Under the pieces are notes generated by a model. It was not told where the DNA came from, searched no databases, and was given only the letters and a program-made list of their open reading frames with translations. Below, one piece after another: positions 24,410-33,225 of a DNA stretch of 38,923 bases; within the stretch, counting starts at the first letter, position 1; each line of letters begins with the position of its first letter. The translations under genes and the position numbers were made by a program. This DNA is from Hymenobacter sp. (lineage in GTDB: Bacteria > Bacteroidota > Bacteroidia > Cytophagales > Hymenobacteraceae). The stretch is taken from assembly GCA_043763525.1 (NCBI GenBank), contig JAYULN010000569.1:1-38923 (forward strand), in the 5' to 3' direction.

Positions 24410-27349
24410 TTCTAACAAGAGTTGGGATACTTGCCCAGTATTGTTGAGCCGCACGAGGTACACCCCTTTTAGCAAAGCTGTTAAATCCAGGTTAAGCGTT
24501 CCATCAGCCGATGGGCGCATAGACGCTTGGTACACGCACCGACCCACTACGTCGCATATCACGACAGCCGTTGGGCCGGTGAAGCTCCCTTGCACCCGGA
24601 CGAGTCCAGTAGACGGGTTGGGAGCCAATAACCAACTATTGAGCACGGCCCCGGCCGGCACCGCGCTCAACGGCGACGACACCCGAACGGTGAAATCCCG
24701 CACTTGCCCCAGTTCTTCCTGGCGGCGGCACGGGTCGGGAACCGTCGTGAGCCGGGTGTTGAAGGGCATACCCCAACAAGCGACGCGCAATCGTAGGGGT
24801 TGGTTGAGCAGCGTAGTCGCGGGCACCGTGATGGTGCCGCGAAACGTGCCCCCGATAAATCCGGTGGCCAACGAATTAAACAATAATTCTTGCGGGGCTT
24901 CGAACAGGCCGTTATCGTTCGCATCGAGCCACACAAAGCAAGAGGTCCCGCTGTAGTTGGAGTCGGCAAAATAGAAGGCGGCGCTGGCCCCTGCCGTCAG
25001 CGCAATGGCGGCCTGCGTGCAAGTCTCGTCCCGGTAGCCGACCGAATTCGCGGGTTGATGATAGGCGAAAACCGGCCCAATTTCCAAGGTGCCCATGCCG
25101 TGTCCCGCCCCCGTAGTACCCGCCGTTGGGGAAGGCAGGCAGGATACCGGCCGAGGGCCGGTCGTTGAGGTGCTGACGGATACGTAACCGGAACGGGTGG
25201 CCGTGTTGGTACCATATTGGTTGCTGGCTTGCAGGGCCACTGTGTAAGTGCCCGGTGCGGCGTAGGTGTGTAGGGGGTGTTGTAGGGTGGACGTGCCGCC
25301 GTCGCCAAACGACCACTGCCACCGATTGGGGGCGGCCACACTTTGGTCCCGGAACTGCACCACCGGGTTGCAGCTGGCCGGTTGGTCGGCCGCAAAATCC
25401 GCCGTGGGGGCGACAGGGGGCGGCATAATTACCACTGTGTAGTCCTCCACGGCGGCATTTATAAACCCCGGGGTGCATGAGCTGGTGGGCACAAAACTCG
25501 TGACGCCGTGAATGATGGCCCGCAACCGGGTGGCCCCGGCCTTGGCTGCGGCGGGAATGGTAACGCTCAACACCTGGGGACTAAACTGGGGCTGCGAGCT
25601 AAATTGCTCGGAGGGGCCAAATTCGCCGTCCTGGTTGTAATCAATCCAGACCTCCACGGCCACCCACGGGCCGGAGCCCGCGAAGGTCCATGGCAATGAC
25701 TCAGTCCGCACAGTATAGGTCTGGTCGGATTGCACCGTCGCGTAACGGGCCGTAAAATCGCGGTAGCCTACTCCAGGACCTCGAAAGTCCGTGTTATCCA
25801 GGTTGGCGAATTGAAAGCGCGTGAAGTAGGCCGGGCCGGCGCTGCTGCTGCCCCCCCCGGCGGTGCAGTAGCTGGGACAAGCGGTGGCCACGGCCACCCG
25901 CTGCCGGGCCGTGTCGCGCCCAAAAGCGTTCTGCGCGATGAGCTGCACTTCGTATACCCCCGCCGTCAGGTAGAGGTGAGCAGGCGGCACCGCGGCCGTA
26001 GAACTCGTGCCATCGCCAAAGTTCCAGCGGTAGCTGGTCGCCCCGCCGGCAGATTGATTGGCAAACGCCACCCGCACGGAATCGCACAGGCGCTCGTAGC
26101 GCACCGTAAAGGCCGAAGCGGGGGGAGCAGCGTTCGTCAAAATGATGAGGGAATAGTCTTCGGCCTGGCCAGACTGCACGGGGCCGCAGGGTCCGGTAGC
26201 ACTACTGCCGGCAAAGTCGGCCACGATGCGCAGGCGCAGGGCTTTGTTGTAAACCGACGCTACGGACGAAGGAATCGTGAGCGGCACCACCGGGCTGTGC
26301 ACCGACAGGCCCTGGTAAAGCAACTCGGCTGACCCGGAAAACTGGCCGTCGTCATTCAAATCCAGGTATACGCGCACGTCGTGGGCACCGGGACCCGTGG
26401 TGAGCCGTAGCGTATCGGGCTGGTCGGCCGTGAGCGTGGCGCGCTGGGCACAGCTAAAATCCTCGTAGCCGGCTTGCCCATCGGCCGAAGCATGGTCCAC
26501 GCCCGCTAAGCGCACACGGGTAAGCCCAAACTGGCAACAGTAGGCCACCGTGGCCGGTTGGCAATTACTGGCGCGCGGTCCATCGGTTCGTACCCGTACG
26601 TAGGCGGCGCGGGTAAGCGAGTCGCAGCCGCCGGGATTGCACACGCGCAATGACACGGCATAGGTGCCGGCTGCTGCATAGGTATGGGTCGGGTGCTGCT
26701 GCGTACTGGTCGTGCCGTCGCCGAATTGCCAGCGCCACGCTGCTGGCGTATTGAAGGAGTTGTCCCGAAAGGCGACCACGCCGGAGCATGTAATGGAATC
26801 AGCCGCCGCGAAGTGCGCCACCGGGGCCGCATTACCGGCTGTAATGCGCACCTGGTAGTCTTCAGTTTGGGAGTATTGAGGAGTCGAACAAGCCGTGGGA
26901 ATTGGGCTATTCACATAGTCAGCAGCGATGCGCAACCGCAAGGGCTGGTTTAAAATTGACGTGACTGGTACGGTGAAGCTACCGCTATGAGTGAGGGCAT
27001 TGAGGGAATACAGAATGCGCTCATTAGTGGCAAATGTTCCGTCATTATTATAGTCCAGCCATGCCACCACATTTTCGGCGGCAGAGATTCCGGTTTGCAC
27101 GCGCAAGGTGTAGGTAGAGCTTTGCAGAACATTAACCCTGCGTTGGCAACTGTAGTCGCGGTAGCCGTCGACGCTGCCATTGGTTACTGTATCTAGGTTG
27201 GCTAGTTGAACCCGATAAATGCCCATACCGAATTGGGTATTGGCTGGTGAAGCCGAACCGGAAACACAGATAACTGCTGGGAGGCATTGGGCCTGCGATA
27301 ATAATGATGGCAACAATAATAACAGTAACCATAAAGGAGTGTTTTTCAT
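24407..27349 (-). CDS. T9SS-secreted surface protein with 4 GEVED-like and 3 PKD domains
   Basis: Signal peptide (SQAQ); GEVED-like ends QTEDY, GQAEDY, AVEDY, GQVRDF with (W/Y)xDxNxxG motifs; PKD W(Q/N/S)FGDG; CTD LAPNPSTG...KGVYLVRL. Confidence 0.88.
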   Translation of the reverse strand: MKNTPLWLLLLLLPSLLSQAQCLPAVICVSGSASPANTQFGMGIYRVQLANLDTVTNGSVDGYRDYSCQRRVNVLQSSTYTLRVQTGISAAENVVAWLDYNNDGTFATNERILYSLNALTHSGSFTVPVTSILNQPLRLRIAADYVNSPIPTACSTPQYSQTEDYQVRITAGNAAPVAHFAAADSITCSGVVAFRDNSFNTPAAWRWQFGDGTTSTQQHPTHTYAAAGTYAVSLRVCNPGGCDSLTRAAYVRVRTDGPRASNCQPATVAYCCQFGLTRVRLAGVDHASADGQAGYEDFSCAQRATLTADQPDTLRLTTGPGAHDVRVYLDLNDDGQFSGSAELLYQGLSVHSPVVPLTIPSSVASVYNKALRLRIVADFAGSSATGPCGPVQSGQAEDYSLIILTNAAPPASAFTVRYERLCDSVRVAFANQSAGGATSYRWNFGDGTSSTAAVPPAHLYLTAGVYEVQLIAQNAFGRDTARQRVAVATACPSYCTAGGGSSSAGPAYFTRFQFANLDNTDFRGPGVGYRDFTARYATVQSDQTYTVRTESLPWTFAGSGPWVAVEVWIDYNQDGEFGPSEQFSSQPQFSPQVLSVTIPAAAKAGATRLRAIIHGVTSFVPTSSCTPGFINAAVEDYTVVIMPPPVAPTADFAADQPASCNPVVQFRDQSVAAPNRWQWSFGDGGTSTLQHPLHTYAAPGTYTVALQASNQYGTNTATRSGYVSVSTSTTGPRPVSCLPSPTAGTTGAGHGMGTLEIGPVFAYHQPANSVGYRDETCTQAAIALTAGASAAFYFADSNYSGTSCFVWLDANDNGLFEAPQELLFNSLATGFIGGTFRGTITVPATTLLNQPLRLRVACWGMPFNTRLTTVPDPCRRQEELGQVRDFTVRVSSPLSAVPAGAVLNSWLLAPNPSTGLVRVQGSFTGPTAVVICDVVGRCVYQASMRPSADGTLNLDLTALLKGVYLVRLNNTGQVSQLLLE

Positions 27350-27360
27350 ATATTCACCAC

Positions 27361-27864
27361 TTATTCAGGAGAGATATACCAGTCTCCACATATTTTTTTA
27401 GATTCTTTCAAAACCTTCAATGTTTCTGGGTAAGTAATCTTTTCAACACTTTCAGCTTTGAAAATCACGTTTCCGCTACTCATATATAATTTAAGCAATG
27501 TGCCTAAACCATCGGGCTCGCCATCATATTCCCTAATTCCTATTGAATTAAGCTTACTATCTAATTGCCTTACATAGGCAGATGGGTTTTTCTTTAACAG
27601 CGGAATAGTTTGCAAATATTCAATGCTGTCATTATTAAGCGTGTAAACTTCCTCTTTTACATCAATTACATACTGATTTGTTTTATTGCCCTTGTATGTT
27701 CTGAATATTATCAATCCATGACCCCGATTCTTTGCGAGAAAGGAATGAGTTAGTGTTGTCGTTAAATAGACTTGATTTTCGCATAGTCTTTCATCCTGTT
27801 GCTTAGTGGAGCAACTGCAAAATAAGATTATTAGCGATGCGCTGTAAGTAGGCAGTCTTTTCAT
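27361..27864 (-). CDS. Lipoprotein, putative immunity protein of the RHS toxin
   Basis: MKRLPTYSASLIILFCSC lipobox-like signal (ATG 27864); AT-rich; starts 4 nt after the RHS stop. Confidence 0.7.
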   Translation of the reverse strand: MKRLPTYSASLIILFCSCSTKQQDERLCENQVYLTTTLTHSFLAKNRGHGLIIFRTYKGNKTNQYVIDVKEEVYTLNNDSIEYLQTIPLLKKNPSAYVRQLDSKLNSIGIREYDGEPDGLGTLLKLYMSSGNVIFKAESVEKITYPETLKVLKESKKICGDWYISPE

Positions 27865-27868
27865 TGGC

Positions 27869-30800
27869 TTAGAATTTAGGCCCATACATATCGTTCATCT
27901 TCTGTGTCCTCTGGGACTGGCGAAGCATTTCAGTACCGGCTGGCGAGTTAGTATGCCCATTATATATCGCTCTCTGGTCACCTGGAGAGTCAAAAAAGGC
28001 TGGCGGGCCATTAGTACCGGGCCCAAAGGTGTATATAGGTGTTTTTTGAACTCTGCCAAAGAGCATATTATTAACCTGACCGCCTGTTTGTGCTACGCCC
28101 ACTGAAATCCCTAATTCAGCTGCTCCTCTGCCGAATAAATAATTTCCAATGTCACCGACATTGTAAGCTACTCCCTCCCTTAAATAAAAGGTCTTAGCAT
28201 TTAAATCATGTGCCCCAATTCCGGTAGCGCCATAATCCATTTTGTTAGCTCCTTCTCTCCAAGCGTAGAGAAGAGGTGAATTTCTTGCTTCACTGGATTT
28301 CACGCCGCTTTCATCTATCATCTTTTCAACCTTACTGTCAGTTAGAACCTCAGCCTGGGTTATGCCACTATTTCCTTGAATTCCGTTTTTAATAGCTTGT
28401 ACATCAGCCACTGGGTCATTAAATTGGTAACTCTGTTGCTGACACGTTTTAGAGTTTTCGATTACCAAAGCATCAGGTTTATTATTCTTATCGGTTCTAA
28501 TATAATTACCTTTCTCGTTAAATACATAATTGTCAAATGGTTCCATGCCATCTGGGTCAATAAACCGAATAGGATTATTAAAAGCATAGTTATATGCACT
28601 ATGCCGCCTCATCTTATCAGCCAGTGGGTCCACCGAGTTCCACCGCCCCAGTTGCGCATCGTACATGCGGGCTCCGTAGTCCAGCCAGTTGAGATTAAAG
28701 TCCGTCTGCTTCTCCTTGCCATTGTACTGGAACCGGCCGTTCGGGTCTCCGTCGTGTTCGATGCCCACCAGATTGAGCCCAAAAGGGTCGTAGTGGTTTT
28801 CCTGGTATTTGTATGGCTCTACGGGCCGCGATAATGCCATATCATCAAAATAGGCCGGCAGGGCACTTTGGTTGACCAGGCTCACGCGCACATAACCCGC
28901 GCTATCGGCTTTAAGACCAGCAGTCAGGCGCTGCCAGGAATCGGTTGCCGACCGGGTTAATGCACTGGTGCGCGTAGCAACCAACTGACTATCGCGGTTG
29001 AACAACTCGTAACGCAGATATGCCTGCGGGACCTGGGCCCGGCGCAGGCCCAAGAGCTGCGGAATAATAGCTAGGCTAACTCCCACGTAAGGCAGAAACT
29101 TGCGACGACTGGCCAGGGGCGTGTTCTGGTCGGCAGCCCCAGTAGCCGGTACGCTGCCAACCACGGCTCCGGCTACGAGCGCCCCCGTGCGGAAGGCCCC
29201 GGGCGTCAACTGGCCGCGGTCGTAGCGCCCGTACACTTCAGCCGTCACGCTGTCGCCAGCGGTAACAGCCAGGGTGAGCGTCGGGCCCTGCGCTCGCCCT
29301 TCGCGGGCATTCAGCTTCGCTACGTAATCGCCGGTACGTGCATGCAAAGCATCCCGAAAGCGGGTTTCGCCCACGTGCTGGAAATCGCGTTCTTCCTGCG
29401 CCGCATTCACCGGCTCCATGCCCGCCGAGGCGGTCCGTTGAGCCGTCGTGCCATTCGGCTCACGGAACGCATAGCGGACGTTGCCCAAATGGTCTTTGAT
29501 AAAGTACTCGTACTTCCAGCCGAAGCTGGGGGCCGTTGTGCCCTGGCCCGGCGTAAAGAGGACCCGCCCTTCGCTGGTCTGCACGAACGCAGGCACCCTA
29601 GGGGTGGTCTGGGATGTGGGCGTTTCGTAAACAAAAGGGCCGACGTAGTCCGTTGTCTTCAGCAAGTTCCCCATGCCGTAGGTGCGTTGCTGCAATTTGG
29701 TGCCCGTCGACGAGTACGTATACTCAATCCGGGTGCCATAGAACTTGTTGACGACCGTGGGCTGATTCAACAGGTTGTAGCCTGTGACCGAGACGAGACG
29801 GTTCGGGTCGTTGAGCAGATTTCCGTTTTTATCGTACGTATAAATCTGGGAACCGCCCCCTTGAAAATCGTGGGTGGCCGCGTGGGACGCGGCAAGGTCC
29901 ACAACGCTCTGCAACTGATTGCCCCCCAGCCGACTATAGGTATAGCGCAAGTCGTCGAGGGGGCCGCTTCCAGCCGTCGCTGGCCCGTTGATGTTGCCTT
30001 GGCGCATCATCGAGGTGATGTTGCCGTTGCCGTCGTAGCCAATATTTGACGCCGTGAAGTCGGTCGTAGTTTTACCGAAGGTGTAGTTTTCGTAGGTAGT
30101 GTAATCGGCTCCCCGCAGACGGCTGGCCCCGTCATACGAATAGGCGTAATCGCGCAAAATATTGGTTGGGTCGGTGCCCAGCGTATTCGGCGTGCGCGTT
30201 TTCCACAGCACTTCGGCGATATTGCCGTTGAACTGCCCTTGGCCTTGGTGCAGCCGGTCGTTATAGCAAATGTCCATCCCAAACAAGTCGTGGTCCGCCG
30301 TCAGGTCATCGGGGTCGGCGACTTGCCCTTCCACATTTTTGCCATCGGTCAAGTCCCGGTCGTTGATATTGGTCAACCAGCCCCGGATGTTGTAGCGAAA
30401 ATCGATTTTCTGCAAAAAACCGGTGCCCGCTGTGTAGGGCGGGTCGGGATTCACGCTCGGGTTGTGCAGCCGCTTGTCGATGAGCTGACCCACCTCGTTG
30501 TAGGTGTTTTCCACGAGCAATATTTTTGCTTGTCCCCCCGTTTCCTGGAAGGTGCGCTTTGGTCGTCCGGCATGGTCGTAGGTAAACTCGTTCCGGACGG
30601 TGTACGGCATATTCGTGCCGTTGGTGTGCGTGAGCAGCGAGTTCTGGAGCCGCGTAAAATCATACGTGTTCACGAGGTTATCCACCCCGCCCAGGTGGTT
30701 CAGGCTAACCTTTTGGACCAGGCGCGACCGGTCATCGTAAAAATTTGCTGTCACCAGCCAAGGCGATGGAGTCCCGTTGACTATCATTCCAGCCACGCTG

Positions 30801-33175
30801 ACCTGCCGTTCGCAACTGCCGGTTGGCAAGCCCCGGACCCCATCGGTTTTGGTAGCCACTGTGGGCGACAGGCGCGAGTCCTGCAACTTTCCGTAGCCGT
30901 ATTGGTCGTAATACGTAATCGTCAGCAGGTTGGCATTCTCCGTCAAACCCCGAGGGTACGCGTCATTCAGCGTGTAGCCGACGGATGAGCCGTTCAGGCT
31001 TTCCCACAGCGAGGCTCCAGCCGTTGCGTCGGCATCCACGTCAGTCTGCAGGTCTGCCTGGGTCTTATTAGAAGGAAACGAAACCGTGCCTCCCAGGACC
31101 GGACGGCCGAGGGCATCGTACTTCGTAAACGCCCATTCGTTACTGGTCTGCTGGTTAATGTACCGCTGGTTGCCGTCCTGCGTGAGCACTACTTGGTCGC
31201 GCTGATTATAGATCAACAAGACGGGGTCAGTGCCCGGGGTCTGTTTGCTAAGGATTCGATGACGTCCGTCGTATGCGTAGACAAAGCACCAGTTGTGGAG
31301 GAAGTCTGCCCACAGGGTCCAGCTGTTCACCTCAACGAGATAATTGTAGCCTTCGGGTTGGATAACGAGACGCAAGTTATCCAAGTCGTCGTACACGTAA
31401 TACGTCAACAAATTGGTCGCGGGCGCATACCGCTGGGCCACGGTAACTTTTCTGAGCACGACATGCCCCAGTAAATCCTTGAACTCGCTCACCAGTTGGT
31501 CTTGTTCGTCCCGCGTCTCCACTACAGAAAGGGTACCGGTGGCATACACCCCCGGAGAACTATACGTCCCACTGCCCGAATCAAAATTCCATTGGCGGAC
31601 GGCATCGGCGGCAGTATTCGCTCGCTGGTTAAACTTAACGGCATGGCCAGTGCCCGGCTGCCAGGCAGCTCCGGGTGCCCCCTGCTCCTGCACCCGGTTC
31701 AACGGCGAGGCTTCGTAGCTGGTCTTGGACCACGGGTTGGCATCTTTTGCCACCCGGGTCAGGGTAGCATTTGGCTGGTAAAATGCGGCCTGTTGGGCTA
31801 GGGCATTCATTTTATACCCCCCATCATCCAAGTCCTGCGTATAGGGCAGGTACGACGTTGCCGTTCTGCCCACCAGGTCGTAAGTAATCGGCTGTACTAA
31901 ATCAAGTTGGGTTGGACTGCCCGCTCGCTGCACCTGTTGAATCGGCCGTCCCAGGCCATCCATGTAAGTGGTACTGACTGCCACGTCTTTTGGTACGCGG
32001 CCCAGCATATCGGCGGCCGTTGCCAACCCCGCTATTTGAGCCGTTCGAGTGGTGATAAAATTCCCTTGATTTACCTGTACCTGCACTTGGAGCGGTGCGG
32101 AACTCAATCCACACCGCGTACCCACCACTGTGTAGGTAGTTGTAGTGTTTGGTGCGGCGGCATAGGTAGTTGTAGTGTTTCCCTGACCAGATACTGGAAC
32201 GTACGTGATAGTACTTGAAGGGGTCCATGTATAAGTAGTCGCTCCACTAACTGTTATCTTGGCTCCTACCGCATCGCCGAGCGTGTACTGGTATCCCCAT
32301 TGGGCTCCCCCCACAGGCGGGTCCACAAGGCTAATAACCGGGGGCAATGGCGTAGTCGTAATGGAAAGGATGGCATTTCCAGGATTCGCAGTGGTGCTTC
32401 CAACAGACGCGGCTTTACTTGCCAAAATGACGTAGTACGTCCCCGCTGGTAGGTCAACACTTAAAAAGGACGCATTCGGATTACAACTGGTAAGAGGTGC
32501 ATCATCGTTTGAATAATTTGAACCATACAGTGAACTACTTAAGAACAAGTAGGTATCGTAGTTGGAATAGCAAGTATTGAGGGCAACCGTGCTTGGGATA
32601 GACAAGCTAAAGCGCAGATAAAACGCTCGGTAGCCGTTTTGATAGCAAACCTCGTTGCACGGTCCGATGGAAGTGGGAACTCCCTGCGTTCCGCCGCAAT
32701 CAACCAACGTTCCCAAGTCACGCAGGTTATTCATGCTGGTTCCCACATTAGCAGTAGAAGGAGACGGACAGGAAACAGTAACCGTTAAATTTCCATCTTC
32801 AACAATATTATACGGGTAGACATTTTGTTGAATTTGATACCAAACCCGCCCGGTACCCGACGTGTTCCATTGAACAGTTACACTCGTTGAAGTAGGCGAG
32901 GAACCGCTTTGTACAATGGTGCCATTTGTAACTTGCCAAGACCAAGACGGGCTATAATAGGCGGAGTTGTATCCATTATAGGTATATGTCTTCGTTTCGC
33001 CAACAAGAGTGGGGCCATTAGGACCGTAGATATGGTAATTATTTTGACCTAATGCCGCTATTCCGTGGACGAATAAAACGGTCAAAACAACTAGATTTCG
33101 GCCAAACCAACCCGCATGGCCTTTCGATTTTCGCACAAGATTTGCGGGAGATTGGAGAGTAGCAAGGAATGACAT
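27869..33175 (-). CDS. DUF6443-type RHS repeat-associated core polymorphic toxin with Ntox44-like C-terminal domain
   Basis: Signal-like N-terminus and Ig/PPC-like domains; TYMDGLGRPIQ...YEASPLNRV (DUF6443-like); YNIRGWL; DHLGNVR; YQENHYDPFG, QYNGKE, DYGARMYDAQLGRW, NNPIRFIDPDGM; tip has DIGNYLFG and DSPGDQRAIYNG. Confidence 0.9.
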   Translation of the reverse strand: MSFLATLQSPANLVRKSKGHAGWFGRNLVVLTVLFVHGIAALGQNNYHIYGPNGPTLVGETKTYTYNGYNSAYYSPSWSWQVTNGTIVQSGSSPTSTSVTVQWNTSGTGRVWYQIQQNVYPYNIVEDGNLTVTVSCPSPSTANVGTSMNNLRDLGTLVDCGGTQGVPTSIGPCNEVCYQNGYRAFYLRFSLSIPSTVALNTCYSNYDTYLFLSSSLYGSNYSNDDAPLTSCNPNASFLSVDLPAGTYYVILASKAASVGSTTANPGNAILSITTTPLPPVISLVDPPVGGAQWGYQYTLGDAVGAKITVSGATTYTWTPSSTITYVPVSGQGNTTTTYAAAPNTTTTYTVVGTRCGLSSAPLQVQVQVNQGNFITTRTAQIAGLATAADMLGRVPKDVAVSTTYMDGLGRPIQQVQRAGSPTQLDLVQPITYDLVGRTATSYLPYTQDLDDGGYKMNALAQQAAFYQPNATLTRVAKDANPWSKTSYEASPLNRVQEQGAPGAAWQPGTGHAVKFNQRANTAADAVRQWNFDSGSGTYSSPGVYATGTLSVVETRDEQDQLVSEFKDLLGHVVLRKVTVAQRYAPATNLLTYYVYDDLDNLRLVIQPEGYNYLVEVNSWTLWADFLHNWCFVYAYDGRHRILSKQTPGTDPVLLIYNQRDQVVLTQDGNQRYINQQTSNEWAFTKYDALGRPVLGGTVSFPSNKTQADLQTDVDADATAGASLWESLNGSSVGYTLNDAYPRGLTENANLLTITYYDQYGYGKLQDSRLSPTVATKTDGVRGLPTGSCERQVSVAGMIVNGTPSPWLVTANFYDDRSRLVQKVSLNHLGGVDNLVNTYDFTRLQNSLLTHTNGTNMPYTVRNEFTYDHAGRPKRTFQETGGQAKILLVENTYNEVGQLIDKRLHNPSVNPDPPYTAGTGFLQKIDFRYNIRGWLTNINDRDLTDGKNVEGQVADPDDLTADHDLFGMDICYNDRLHQGQGQFNGNIAEVLWKTRTPNTLGTDPTNILRDYAYSYDGASRLRGADYTTYENYTFGKTTTDFTASNIGYDGNGNITSMMRQGNINGPATAGSGPLDDLRYTYSRLGGNQLQSVVDLAASHAATHDFQGGGSQIYTYDKNGNLLNDPNRLVSVTGYNLLNQPTVVNKFYGTRIEYTYSSTGTKLQQRTYGMGNLLKTTDYVGPFVYETPTSQTTPRVPAFVQTSEGRVLFTPGQGTTAPSFGWKYEYFIKDHLGNVRYAFREPNGTTAQRTASAGMEPVNAAQEERDFQHVGETRFRDALHARTGDYVAKLNAREGRAQGPTLTLAVTAGDSVTAEVYGRYDRGQLTPGAFRTGALVAGAVVGSVPATGAADQNTPLASRRKFLPYVGVSLAIIPQLLGLRRAQVPQAYLRYELFNRDSQLVATRTSALTRSATDSWQRLTAGLKADSAGYVRVSLVNQSALPAYFDDMALSRPVEPYKYQENHYDPFGLNLVGIEHDGDPNGRFQYNGKEKQTDFNLNWLDYGARMYDAQLGRWNSVDPLADKMRRHSAYNYAFNNPIRFIDPDGMEPFDNYVFNEKGNYIRTDKNNKPDALVIENSKTCQQQSYQFNDPVADVQAIKNGIQGNSGITQAEVLTDSKVEKMIDESGVKSSEARNSPLLYAWREGANKMDYGATGIGAHDLNAKTFYLREGVAYNVGDIGNYLFGRGAAELGISVGVAQTGGQVNNMLFGRVQKTPIYTFGPGTNGPPAFFDSPGDQRAIYNGHTNSPAGTEMLRQSQRTQKMNDMYGPKF

Positions 33176-33225
33176 GGAGAAGACGGGTAAAATGTGGACT
33201 ATCTGACCTTGCTGTAATTCTGATG

